Shown here piece after piece: positions 1 to 9,024 of a DNA stretch of 40,580 bases. The notes below the pieces were generated by a model. It was not told the origin of the DNA and made no database searches. It saw only the letters and a program-made list of their open reading frames with translations. The DNA comes from an uncultured archaeon (lineage in GTDB: Archaea; Thermoplasmatota; Poseidoniia; MGIII; CG-Epi1), in assembly GCA_964626865.1 (NCBI GenBank), contig CAZVIT010000002.1, forward strand, positions 1 through 40,580, written 5' to 3'. The translations under genes were made by a program, and so were the position numbers. Position 1 is the first letter of the stretch, and the number at the start of each line of letters is the position of its first letter.

Positions 1-142
1 AAACATCAAAGGAAACATAGGATTTTGCATGGCCGAGGTGCGTATCTGAATAAACCGTAGGGCCACAAATATACAATCCTAAATTTTTAGAATCGGAATT
101 AAAATCTTCTTTCTTTCCTGTAACTGTATTAAAGAATTTCAA
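1..142 (-). CDS. cysS: Cysteinyl-tRNA synthetase, N-terminal ~47 codons only (gene runs off the left edge)
   Basis: Not in the ORF track (partial and short). The reverse complement of 1-142 reads (TTG)[46 protein letters not shown]. The block CGPTVY-x3-HLGH-x3-Y-x2-FDV is the class-I HIGH region characteristic of CysRS. An in-frame TGA lies three codons upstream of the TTG at 142-140 and there is no ATG or GTG in between, so TTG is the only available start. Confidence 0.7.
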   Translation of the reverse strand, partial: MKFFNTVTGKKEDFNSDSKNLGLYICGPTVYSDTHLGHAKSYVSFDV

Positions 143-990
143 CCTTTGTCACCTCCGCCTCTCGCACATATATTCCCTTCATCAGGCCAGTCTTCACCAT
201 AACACATTGACATACAATATGATTGTGCATTGTATCCCATGGAATCCAATAAACTAGTAACTCTAAAATTAGGCGCTGGAACAAAAATCTCAACACTGGA
301 ATTAGGAGGTATTGCTTGAACTGAAGCTTGTAATAGCCCCTGCCAATTTTTACAACCTGGTTCGACAATCCAAGGACCAATTTCGTACCAATTCTCTTCC
401 CCTTTTGCCATTATAAATCCCTTAACTGAACCATCTTCTCCTAAAGATACAAAAGAACATTGTGGAAGATAAGAAGTCAATTCTTTCAAAAGGTTGGATC
501 TATTTCCACCAAATTGACGCCTATCCATTGCTACAATTTCATCCCAATAATCTTCTGCTGAAACTATATTTTCATCTGAATCTATTACAAATGGTTGAAA
601 TGATTTCATATCTGCATCTAATCGGAAAACTGTTGACATCCCTTCCGGCATAAACCCTAAACTACTGTAAAATGACACTATATCCATCTTTGAATGCACT
701 CTAATTGATTTACATGATTCTAAACGCTTCATGGATTCCTTCAATAGTGCCTGACCTACTCCCTTACCTCTGCTATCTGAAGAAACCACAACATTACCAA
801 TCATTCCAAGTTTTCCATAATCAAAGGCGGTAGTTACTCCAAAAAGTTCTTTCCCATCATGAGCTATTAATGGAATGCTAATACGAAGAAGTCTTTGCCA
901 ATCCTCAATTGAATTACCCCACTCTTCTGCATCAGTCAGTGATTTAGCAAAATCAATATCTGATTCTTGCATATCTCTAACTTTAATCAT
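139..990 (-). CDS. GNAT-family N-acetyltransferase with a C-terminal YitH-like acetyltransferase domain
   Basis: 283-aa ORF. The N-terminal half carries the acetyl-CoA-binding motif A region ([25 protein letters not shown]). The two-domain length fits the GNAT plus GNAT_acetyltran-like architecture. Confidence 0.7.
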   Translation of the reverse strand: MIKVRDMQESDIDFAKSLTDAEEWGNSIEDWQRLLRISIPLIAHDGKELFGVTTAFDYGKLGMIGNVVVSSDSRGKGVGQALLKESMKRLESCKSIRVHSKMDIVSFYSSLGFMPEGMSTVFRLDADMKSFQPFVIDSDENIVSAEDYWDEIVAMDRRQFGGNRSNLLKELTSYLPQCSFVSLGEDGSVKGFIMAKGEENWYEIGPWIVEPGCKNWQGLLQASVQAIPPNSSVEIFVPAPNFRVTSLLDSMGYNAQSYCMSMCYGEDWPDEGNICARGGGDKG

Positions 991-1174
991 TCTTTAAACC
1001 CTCATCACAATCCTGTTGGCCAAACGTCAAAAATTTCTTTTTTTTTACCTGCAACTTAAGCCTACAACTACCATAACCAAAATCCTCTCCACCATACCAA
1101 TGTGGGCAGTCTTTACACTTAAGCATCAACTAATTACCTTGGGCAATATTAATGAAGATATCTATTGAAGAAAT

Positions 1175-1186
1175 TTTATAATATAA
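1175..1186 (+). promoter_or_regulatory. Candidate archaeal TATA box for the M14 peptidase / NSS transporter pair
   Basis: TTTTATAATATA lies 18-29 nt upstream of the ATG at 1204 in a 213-bp divergent intergenic region. The spacing fits a leaderless or near-leaderless transcript. Confidence 0.35.
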
Positions 1187-1203
1187 GGTTCTAATGATAG
1201 AAC

Positions 1204-3654
1204 ATGAATCGTATTTCATCACTAGTGATAGCGCTGATGCTGACCGTTACCACAATGGGTACTGGATCCTTAAAAGAGAATAACTCTGAAGAACAAATTT
1301 TTGGAACAAATACAGTTGCCTTAGATGGGGCAAATGACACTATTGACCGAACAAATACTTTCCCTTTTGATGTTCTCTTTAACGATTATCATGAATATCA
1401 TGAAGTGGTTTCTGAACTACAAATGTTTGCAGCAGATTATCCTGACATCGTTGAAATTTATACGCTTACTGATATGATTCCTGCAGGTGCAACTTGGCAA
1501 GGAAACGAAATTTACGGAGTGAAAATATCAGATAATGTAGCTAATGAACCTGATTACTATGATGATCCTGATGAAGAAACATTGTTCATTGTAGGAAACC
1601 ACCATGCCAGAGAATGGATGAGTGTGGTTACACCATTATATTTTGTTTATTACTTAACTCACTTCTATGGAATGGAGCCAACTGATAACGATGGAGATGG
1701 ATTAATCAATGAAGACATGATTGATGGAGTTGATAATGATGGAGATGGGGAACAAGGAGGGAGAGTTGATGAATTTGGTAGAGCACTATTCGATGGAATT
1801 GATAATGATGGTGATGGAATTATTGATGAAGGTATTGACGAGGATCCTAGTGAAGCTAGAGTTACTTACCTAGTTAATCACAGAGAAACATGGGTCGTAC
1901 CTATACTAAATCCTGATGGCTACATGTATGATAGAGAAGATCCGGATAGACTCTGGAGAAAAAATATGCGTGATAATAACGAAAATGATCGTTACGGTGA
2001 CGCGTGTGACGGAGTTGACATTAACAGAAATTATCCCTTTGAATGGTCACATAATACTCAACTTACTGCATTAATTGGTGATGATTTAGAACCTGAATTT
2101 ACTGTTGATGATGACAACCCCTGCTCAGACGTTTATCATGGTCCTAGAGATCAATATGATGATGACGGAGATTGTGATGATGATCCGGCAACAGCTATAC
2201 TATGTGATACTCCTATAACTGGTGGATTAGGGGACCAAAATACTCAAACTGGTGTAGATGAGGACCCACCTGATGCTCAGCACACAGATGATGATAATGA
2301 TGGAATGGTTGATGAAGATAGAGAGGGTGGCTTCTCAGAACCTGAAACTCAAGTAATAGAATATCTAACTTGGAGATTGGATATATACGAAGACTATCCA
2401 CAAGATAAATATTTAGAGGATTATCAAAAAGATATTAAAGATGGCGGATGTGCACCAAATTATGACGCCGCCTGTACTGCAACATTTAGACCCAATTGGC
2501 CTGATATGTTTGTAACAAATCTTGATGGAAAAGTCATAAGAAATTATAGAACTGAGGCGCATGATATGAAACATAATTTTATGAATTCTATATCATACCA
2601 TGCCTATTCTAACTTGTACATTTGGCCATGGGGTTACAAGGATCAGGATCCTCCACACGAATTATATATGGAAAATCAAGTTAAACCATTAATGAATGTT
2701 ACAGGATATGGAAATTGGAAGGATGATGGAGGTTACAAGGTATCTGGAGATATTAACGATTTCCTTTATGGAATGCAAGGTTCATTCTCCTACACTGTTG
2801 AATTAAATGCTGGCACTCAAGGTGGTCTACAAGGAGGCTTCCATGCTGACCCTCTTTTGATACGTCCTACTGTTAGAATGCATGTATTAACTAATATTCA
2901 TTTCTTAGATAAATCTCCCGAGGCAAGAATTGGTCAGATGTTTGGAAGTTATAACCAATTAGGTTCAGATGGAATACATTCACCTGAAGAAACAATGATG
3001 CCGAAATTGAGCATTTTATCTTCTAAAGGTGATGCTGTAAGTGTAGGATTTCAATCAGATACTGCATTTAGTTTTGATAAATATTACTCTAATGACAAAT
3101 TCCCTATACAAGTCTTAGTAGAAAATGCCCAATTTATGAAAAAAGATTCAATCTTCCTAAAATATCGAAATGAAAATATGAATGAAGATGAATGGGCTGA
3201 AGTTCCTATGGTTTGTGTACAAAATTGTGATCCAAAATCATATGACGGTTACAATGCATCTGCTGGATTCTCAATACCAAAACGTGATTCAATATACAAA
3301 GGATATATTCCTGAAACCGGAGAATCCATGAATGTGCAATTTTATGCTGTAGCTCAGGATTCAAGGTTAGCGGATCAAAATTTTGGAGGATATGTAACTA
3401 CTGGATATGGGCCTTATGAGCCAATAGAAATTTTTGTTGATGATATAATTGGTTTCGGAAATCCTATTGTTGATGCAATCGCAGTTATGTCCATGATGGG
3501 ACTAATGTATGGAGTTGTGTGGGGAGGATTATACAAAACAGTTGGAATCGCTACTGAAGCTGAAAGAAGAAAAAAGGAAGAGGATTTAGAAGAAGAATCT
3601 AAACCAAAAAGAGCAAATAAAAAATCTGTAGCTGCAATACCTAAGGTAAAATAA
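1204..3654 (+). CDS. Secreted, C-terminally membrane-anchored zinc carboxypeptidase (peptidase M14 family) with acidic Ca2+-binding-type insertions
   Basis: 816 aa. M14 signature residues appear in order: GNHHAREW (HxxE zinc ligands, His 1603-1605 and Glu 1612-1614), NPDGY, WRKN, INRNYPF, SYHAYS (third zinc His) and YTVELN (catalytic Glu). There is an N-terminal signal-like hydrophobic segment, a C-terminal TM helix (AIAVMSMMGLMYGVVWGGLY) and a Lys/Glu-rich tail. Confidence 0.85.
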   Translation: MNRISSLVIALMLTVTTMGTGSLKENNSEEQIFGTNTVALDGANDTIDRTNTFPFDVLFNDYHEYHEVVSELQMFAADYPDIVEIYTLTDMIPAGATWQGNEIYGVKISDNVANEPDYYDDPDEETLFIVGNHHAREWMSVVTPLYFVYYLTHFYGMEPTDNDGDGLINEDMIDGVDNDGDGEQGGRVDEFGRALFDGIDNDGDGIIDEGIDEDPSEARVTYLVNHRETWVVPILNPDGYMYDREDPDRLWRKNMRDNNENDRYGDACDGVDINRNYPFEWSHNTQLTALIGDDLEPEFTVDDDNPCSDVYHGPRDQYDDDGDCDDDPATAILCDTPITGGLGDQNTQTGVDEDPPDAQHTDDDNDGMVDEDREGGFSEPETQVIEYLTWRLDIYEDYPQDKYLEDYQKDIKDGGCAPNYDAACTATFRPNWPDMFVTNLDGKVIRNYRTEAHDMKHNFMNSISYHAYSNLYIWPWGYKDQDPPHELYMENQVKPLMNVTGYGNWKDDGGYKVSGDINDFLYGMQGSFSYTVELNAGTQGGLQGGFHADPLLIRPTVRMHVLTNIHFLDKSPEARIGQMFGSYNQLGSDGIHSPEETMMPKLSILSSKGDAVSVGFQSDTAFSFDKYYSNDKFPIQVLVENAQFMKKDSIFLKYRNENMNEDEWAEVPMVCVQNCDPKSYDGYNASAGFSIPKRDSIYKGYIPETGESMNVQFYAVAQDSRLADQNFGGYVTTGYGPYEPIEIFVDDIIGFGNPIVDAIAVMSMMGLMYGVVWGGLYKTVGIATEAERRKKEEDLEEESKPKRANKKSVAAIPKVK

Positions 3655-5201
3655 TGCCTGACGAACAAAATTCGGAGCAATTTTCTTCTAGATTAGGGCT
3701 TATTCTTACTACTATTGGAGCTGCCGTTGGTACTGGAAATATTTGGAGATTCCCTCGTGAAGCTGCAGCTAATGGAGGTGGTTCCTTCATGATAGGATGG
3801 CTACTTTTCCTATTTGCATGGTCTATTCCACTTTTAATGGCTGAATTTGCTATAGGTAAGAAAACAAGACTGGGTACTGTAGGGGCTATGAGAGACATGG
3901 CTGGAAGAAGATTTACTTGGTTAGGTGTCTGGATGATGTGGGTTGGAACTGCTGTAGGTTTTTACTATGCAGTAGTAATGGGATGGACAATTCGGTACTT
4001 TTGGATTGCAATTTCAGGTGAAATGAGTAGTGCGACTGATACTACTCAAACCCAAGCTCTTTGGGACAATTTCATTTCCTCACCCTCTGAGGTTATACTT
4101 TTCCAGCTGATTGCAGTTAGTTTTTCAGCATTTATTGTTTATAATGGAATAAGTGGAATTGAAAAAGCTAATATGATTCTCATTCCCTGCCTCGTAGCTT
4201 TCTTAGTTGTGGCTATGATCTATCCATTTATTCTGAACCCTTCCGGTGCCGCTATGGGGTTAAGATTTATGTTTATTCCACAATGGGAATATTTATTCAA
4301 AGGGGAAACCTGGATTAGGGCCTTAACTCAATCAGCATGGTCCACATCAGCAGGATTTGGAATGGCTATAACTTATGCTGTAGCAATGAGAAAGAAAGAG
4401 GATATTGGATTAAATGCATTTTTAACTGGATTAGGAAATAATTCCGTTTCATTGATTGCGGGAGTTGCTGTTCTAGGTACTGTTTTCGCACTATCAGATA
4501 GCACTGCTGATGGGCTAGAGGCAGTTGAATCTGGATCTTCGGGTCTAACATTCATACACTTAACTGCTTTATTTGCCACAATGGGAACTGCAGGTTGGAT
4601 TATAGGAAGCATATTTTTCCTAGCAATGTCCTTTGCAGCCTTAACATCAATGGTCTCTACTCTACAAGCTTGTGTAGTTAATTTCGTAGACATGGGTTGG
4701 GAAAGAAAAGAAGCAGTAAAATACATCTCTGTGGCCGTTGCATTGGCAGGTATTCCTTCAGCCATCAGCCTAGAATTCTTAGATAATCAAGATTTTGTTT
4801 GGGGAACTGGGCTTATTGTATCTGGATTAATGGTCGCTGTTGTTGTAATGAGATTTGGGGTAAGCGATTTTAGAAAGAATCTAATAAATACAAAATATGC
4901 CGATGTGCATATTGGAAAATGGTGGGAATATATAATAAAATATGTCTTCCCAATTGAATTTATAGCTGTTTTTGGATTTTTCATTTACGAAAAATTACAA
5001 GACGATAGACACTCTCCTATTGATGGAATGGGGTTAGGAGTTTTCACGATAATGACCATGATTATTCAATGGGTCATCGTTCTCTCAATATTCATATTTG
5101 TAGTTAATGATAAGGTAGCCGATGCCACAAAGAAAGGACCCGTTTCTGATGGCAACTTTATCGAGGATGATGATGACGTTGAATGGGCCGAATCTGTATA
5201 A
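3654..5201 (+). CDS. Sodium:neurotransmitter symporter (NSS/SNF) family amino-acid transporter
   Basis: 515 aa and polytopic. The N-terminal NSS signature is present (GAAVGTGNIWRFPREAAANGGGSF). The start ATG overlaps the peptidase stop codon (TAATG at 3652-3656). Confidence 0.85.
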   Translation: MPDEQNSEQFSSRLGLILTTIGAAVGTGNIWRFPREAAANGGGSFMIGWLLFLFAWSIPLLMAEFAIGKKTRLGTVGAMRDMAGRRFTWLGVWMMWVGTAVGFYYAVVMGWTIRYFWIAISGEMSSATDTTQTQALWDNFISSPSEVILFQLIAVSFSAFIVYNGISGIEKANMILIPCLVAFLVVAMIYPFILNPSGAAMGLRFMFIPQWEYLFKGETWIRALTQSAWSTSAGFGMAITYAVAMRKKEDIGLNAFLTGLGNNSVSLIAGVAVLGTVFALSDSTADGLEAVESGSSGLTFIHLTALFATMGTAGWIIGSIFFLAMSFAALTSMVSTLQACVVNFVDMGWERKEAVKYISVAVALAGIPSAISLEFLDNQDFVWGTGLIVSGLMVAVVVMRFGVSDFRKNLINTKYADVHIGKWWEYIIKYVFPIEFIAVFGFFIYEKLQDDRHSPIDGMGLGVFTIMTMIIQWVIVLSIFIFVVNDKVADATKKGPVSDGNFIEDDDDVEWAESV

Positions 5202-5203
5202 AA

Positions 5204-6025
5204 TTATTTAAGAATTTGAGATTTAGCTGCAGAAAATTCTGTGTCACTTAACATACCTTTATCCTTTAGCTCTCCAAGCTTTCGTAACTTCTGCAAAAGT
5301 ATCTCTCTCTTATCTTGTACTCCAGTAGTTTCTTTAAGATTACTACCCCAATCTTGTGCTCTATCTGATCTTTTCTGAAGTCGAGACCCGCACTTACCAC
5401 ATATCCTAAAATTGGCAGGAGCTCTAGCTTCACAATTTTTACATATTATATGGAAATCTTCAGATATTACTTCCTTTCTAGTGTATAAATTTGCTTTATC
5501 CTCTTCTCCAGGTGGAATTTCATTTTGAAAAATCATTTCATTCTCTTTATCATTTGGAAACCAATCTCGCCTAACTATTGTGAATGTATCTCCCTCAATC
5601 GTATGATAAAATATATCCATTCTTGATATAACTGATTCACTAGATGCAGTCTTAACTTCAAAATTGAGAGTTGTATCTGAATCTACTCCTAACTCATCAA
5701 CCATTGTTTTTCCTCTTGAGTCTAAATTGTCAAATGAAATGGTTATTGAACGTGCTATACCATTACCACTATTCTGTAAATATACTTCCATTTCACACCA
5801 AGAATCTTTCAAGGAGGAAGTCACCTGTGAAATTGATATTTCAAGGAATGGAAACTGAAATCCCTCTAGGTTAGGAATTACTTCGGCTTCAGAATTTTCA
5901 GTTAAAGGTTCTGTTGTTAACTCTTCTAATTTAACAGATGACTTAGGTGTTGGTGATCTCTTACGTTTAATTTTTCGAACTTTACGTTTGGTTCCAAAAT
6001 CGGTAAAAGAGACTTTATCCGCCAT
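5204..6025 (-). CDS. Hypothetical protein with a Lys-rich N-terminus, a beta-rich central domain, a zinc ribbon and a C-terminal SHOCT domain
   Basis: 273 aa. CKNCEARAPANFRICGKCGSRL is a CxxC-x10-CxxC zinc ribbon. The C-terminal LRKLGELKDKGMLSDTEFSAAKSQIL matches the SHOCT short C-terminal oligomerisation motif. No signal peptide or TM helix. Confidence 0.6.
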   Translation of the reverse strand: MADKVSFTDFGTKRKVRKIKRKRSPTPKSSVKLEELTTEPLTENSEAEVIPNLEGFQFPFLEISISQVTSSLKDSWCEMEVYLQNSGNGIARSITISFDNLDSRGKTMVDELGVDSDTTLNFEVKTASSESVISRMDIFYHTIEGDTFTIVRRDWFPNDKENEMIFQNEIPPGEEDKANLYTRKEVISEDFHIICKNCEARAPANFRICGKCGSRLQKRSDRAQDWGSNLKETTGVQDKREILLQKLRKLGELKDKGMLSDTEFSAAKSQILK

Positions 6026-6046
6026 AATTCCATAAAGAATAGGGGC

Positions 6047-6054
6047 TTTTATAC
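6047..6054 (-). promoter_or_regulatory. Candidate TATA box for the Zn-ribbon/SHOCT gene
   Basis: The minus strand reads GTATAAAA 22-29 nt upstream of the ATG at 6025, immediately after the dnaK stop codon. This suggests the gene has its own leaderless promoter. Confidence 0.35.
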
Positions 6055-6058
6055 TTGT

Positions 6059-7942
6059 CTACTTTTCTTCTTCGACCTTTTCGTCATCTACTTCTTCGTA
6101 ATCGACATCAACGACATTGTCATCATCATCATCTGAAGCTGGTTTTTCCTCTGTTGATTCATTCTTGGCCTGCTCTTCAGCTGCTTGTTGATAAGCCATT
6201 TCAGCTACAGCTTGTGAAGCTTGTTGAAATTCTTCAAATGCTTTTTGCATAGGCTCAAGATCGTCCTCTTTCATAGCTTCCTTCAATTTCTCTTTAGATT
6301 CCTCAACTGATGTTTTTGTCTTCTCATCAACTTTTTCCCCTAGATCCTTGATTGCCTTATCTGTAGCATAAATGAAAGATTCGGCTTGATTTCTAGTTTC
6401 TATGATCTCTCTAGCTTGTTTATCTTCATCTGCGTATTGTTCAGCTTCCTTGACTTTTTGTTCAATCTCATCATCACTTAAGTTTGATTTAGAAGTAATT
6501 TCAATCTTTTGCTCATTATCAGTGCCTAAATCCTTTGCTGTAACATTAATGACACCATTACGATCTATATCGAAACTAACTTCTATCTGTGGTACTCCTC
6601 TTGCAGCAGGCGGTATTCCTACAAGTTGAAAACGGCCCAATGTATCATTGTCTGCAGCCATTGTTCTTTCACCTTGCAATACATGAATCTCTACGCCTGG
6701 TTGATTATCTGCTGCCGTTGAGAAAATCTTTGATTTATTTGTTGGGATTGTAGTATTTCTATCAATCAAAGGAGTCATAACAGACCCTTCAGTTTCAATT
6801 CCCAATGTCAAAGGAGTTACGTCAAGAAGAACAACATCCTTGATATCTCCTGCTAGAACTCCTGCCTGAATAGCTGCGCCCATTGCAACACATTGCATTG
6901 GATCTACACCTCTTTCGGCCTTTCTTCCAACAAACTTTTCAAATGCTTTCTGAACTGTAGGCATACGTGTAGGTCCACCCACAAGAATAACCTTATCAAC
7001 ATCTCCAGGCTTCATTTTTGCATCTTTAAATGCTTGCTTTATCGGCTTTTCACACCTAGATATAACTGGTCCAACAATATCTTCTAACTTAGCTCTTGAC
7101 AAATCATGCTCAAGATGTTTAGGCCCACTAGAATCTGACCAAATATAAGGTAAATTTATGGTAGATTTTAAAGTATTACTTAATTCAATTTTTGCTTTCT
7201 CTCCAGCATCATGTAAACGTTGACGTGCAGCCTGATCATCTCTTAGGTCAATACCATTTTCTTCCTTGAATAAATCAGCTAGATAGTCAACTAAAGCATC
7301 ATCCATGTCTGTACCCCCTAGCTTATTATCACCTGAGGTAGAGATTACATCAAAAACACCATTATCCATCTCCATAATTGTAACATCAAATGTTCCTCCC
7401 CCTAAATCTAAAACTGCTACAGTGTATTCTCCTTCTTTATCTAAACCATATGCTAAAGCTGCCGCAGTTGGTTCGTTAATTATTCTTTCAACTTTCAGCC
7501 CTGCAATTTTTCCTGCATCAATTGTTGCTTGTCTCTGATTATCATTAAAATAAGCTGGAACCGTAATAACTGCCTTTTCAATGTCTACACCTAAATGTTC
7601 TTCTGCATCTGCTTTAATCTTTTGAAGAACCATTGCAGATATTTCTTCAGGAGAGTATTTTTTCTTCTTAATAGTTACTCTATGTTTTGTCCCCATCTTC
7701 CTCTTGATATGCATAATTGTATTTTTAGGATTCAATACTGCTTGCCTTTTTGCAGGGTCTCCTACAATTCTCTCACCATCTTTGGTAAATGCAACTACTG
7801 ATGGAAACATTTTACCTCCAAATGTAGAACCTTCTGCTGAAGGTATTATTACAGGTCTTCCACCCTCAAGATATGCTGCCTCTGAGTTTGTTGTACCTAG
7901 ATCTATGCCAATTATAACTTCTTTTGCCATTTTTTTACTCAC
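6059..7942 (-). CDS. dnaK: Molecular chaperone DnaK (Hsp70)
   Basis: 627 aa. Classic Hsp70 motifs are present: [30 protein letters not shown]. It ends in an acidic C-terminal tail. Confidence 0.97.
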   Translation of the reverse strand: MSKKMAKEVIIGIDLGTTNSEAAYLEGGRPVIIPSAEGSTFGGKMFPSVVAFTKDGERIVGDPAKRQAVLNPKNTIMHIKRKMGTKHRVTIKKKKYSPEEISAMVLQKIKADAEEHLGVDIEKAVITVPAYFNDNQRQATIDAGKIAGLKVERIINEPTAAALAYGLDKEGEYTVAVLDLGGGTFDVTIMEMDNGVFDVISTSGDNKLGGTDMDDALVDYLADLFKEENGIDLRDDQAARQRLHDAGEKAKIELSNTLKSTINLPYIWSDSSGPKHLEHDLSRAKLEDIVGPVISRCEKPIKQAFKDAKMKPGDVDKVILVGGPTRMPTVQKAFEKFVGRKAERGVDPMQCVAMGAAIQAGVLAGDIKDVVLLDVTPLTLGIETEGSVMTPLIDRNTTIPTNKSKIFSTAADNQPGVEIHVLQGERTMAADNDTLGRFQLVGIPPAARGVPQIEVSFDIDRNGVINVTAKDLGTDNEQKIEITSKSNLSDDEIEQKVKEAEQYADEDKQAREIIETRNQAESFIYATDKAIKDLGEKVDEKTKTSVEESKEKLKEAMKEDDLEPMQKAFEEFQQASQAVAEMAYQQAAEEQAKNESTEEKPASDDDDDNVVDVDYEEVDDEKVEEEK

Positions 7943-8489
7943 CTTTCTCTTCTTCTTTTTGTTCGTCTTTTTCTTCTTTCTTGGAAACTACTACCTTTGC
8001 TGGTCTTAGTAATTCTCCTTCAAGTAAATATCCTGCTTGAATCACATCTACTATTGTATGTGGTTCAATATCTTCCTTAATTATTGTGGTCATTGCTTCA
8101 TGGAAACGAAAATCGAATGGTTCGCCAGCTGGATTAAATCGTTCTACTTTCATTGATTCCAAAAATGATTTTGTAAATTTATCAATGCCATTAATACCTT
8201 CTACCGCACTAGCTACATCTGGATAATCTGATTTAGAGGCCTTATCAATTATTTCTACAACTTCAAGAAAACTTAATACTGCCAAACCTTTGCTTTTGAG
8301 ATTTTGTTGTTCTCTATCTCTTTCAATCCTTTTCTTGTAGTTATCCAAATCAGCCATTGACCTAGCAAATTTATCATTCATATCTTCTAGTTCTTGCCTT
8401 AACAAGGATAACTCATCTACTGAATCATCTTCAGTGGAAGATGACTTATCTTCTTCATTGGCAACTTTAGATTTTTTATCTGAACTCAT
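7935..8489 (-). CDS. grpE: Nucleotide exchange factor GrpE
   Basis: 184 aa. An acidic N-terminus is followed by a coiled coil ([23 protein letters not shown]) and a C-terminal beta domain ([16 protein letters not shown]...[16 protein letters not shown]). It overlaps the dnaK start by 8 nt. Confidence 0.9.
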   Translation of the reverse strand: MSSDKKSKVANEEDKSSSTEDDSVDELSLLRQELEDMNDKFARSMADLDNYKKRIERDREQQNLKSKGLAVLSFLEVVEIIDKASKSDYPDVASAVEGINGIDKFTKSFLESMKVERFNPAGEPFDFRFHEAMTTIIKEDIEPHTIVDVIQAGYLLEGELLRPAKVVVSKKEEKDEQKEEEKGE

Positions 8490-8554
8490 TAGTTATGAAC
8501 CTAAGGTTGTTAACCTCTAATTCGAGTAAAAAGTCTCTATATAAAATTTCTTAA

Positions 8555-8953
8555 TCACTTAAGGCCAAATTTCTTACGTGCTTCAGCTACTCTTTTCTTG
8601 TATTCTTTAGGAAGTTGGTAACGAGCTATCTGCTCTATTTCAGTCCAATTTCTTTGAAATTCTCTCTTAGAACTAGTAGAGATTATCTCCTCAAATCTAT
8701 CCATGTAATGCTTTGTTAACCACAGATAATATGTTGAAAAACCAAATATAATCAATCCAAATATAAATACAAAAATATCATAATCTCCAAGAGTATCTAA
8801 AATTAATTTAGGAGCTAAGGAAGAACTTGAATACCATTCTCCCATCATTCCCACATAAAGCATAAACCCACTTATTATTGTGAATACAGTACTTACTGCT
8901 AACATATGCTCTCGAAGAATGTTGTCAAAGCCCTTGCGCCATTCACTTGCCAT
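8555..8953 (-). CDS. Small membrane protein, function unknown (2-3 TM helices, basic C-terminal tail)
   Basis: 132-aa ORF with hydrophobic helices (LAVSTVFTIISGFMLYVGMM, IFVFIFGLIIFGFSTYYLWL). No motif recognised. Confidence 0.5.
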   Translation of the reverse strand: MASEWRKGFDNILREHMLAVSTVFTIISGFMLYVGMMGEWYSSSSLAPKLILDTLGDYDIFVFIFGLIIFGFSTYYLWLTKHYMDRFEEIISTSSKREFQRNWTEIEQIARYQLPKEYKKRVAEARKKFGLK

Positions 8954-9024
8954 AATCTATTCTATTAATCTATCTGTATAAAGATTACGCAAACAATAAA
9001 ACGACTAGGTTTATTCAAAGTTCA

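Noticed and set aside
129-380. 83-aa ORF on the minus strand overlapping the GNAT gene in another frame
   Set aside because: It lies entirely inside the well-supported 139-990 GNAT CDS and has no motifs. It looks like an out-of-frame shadow ORF.
1054-1130. Direct repeat ACTTAAGC(C)TACAAC / ACTTAAGCATCAAC (1054-1068 and 1117-1130), each containing the palindrome CTTAAG, in the GNAT/M14 divergent intergenic region
   Set aside because: The repeat is short and imperfect in an AT-rich spacer, and no cognate regulator lies nearby. It cannot be told apart from chance without comparative data.
6059-6160. EEVD-containing acidic C-terminus of DnaK (…[16 protein letters not shown]), reminiscent of the eukaryotic Hsp70 EEVD TPR-docking motif
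   Set aside because: The EEVD is internal rather than C-terminal, and acidic D/E-rich tails of this kind are normal for bacterial-type DnaK.
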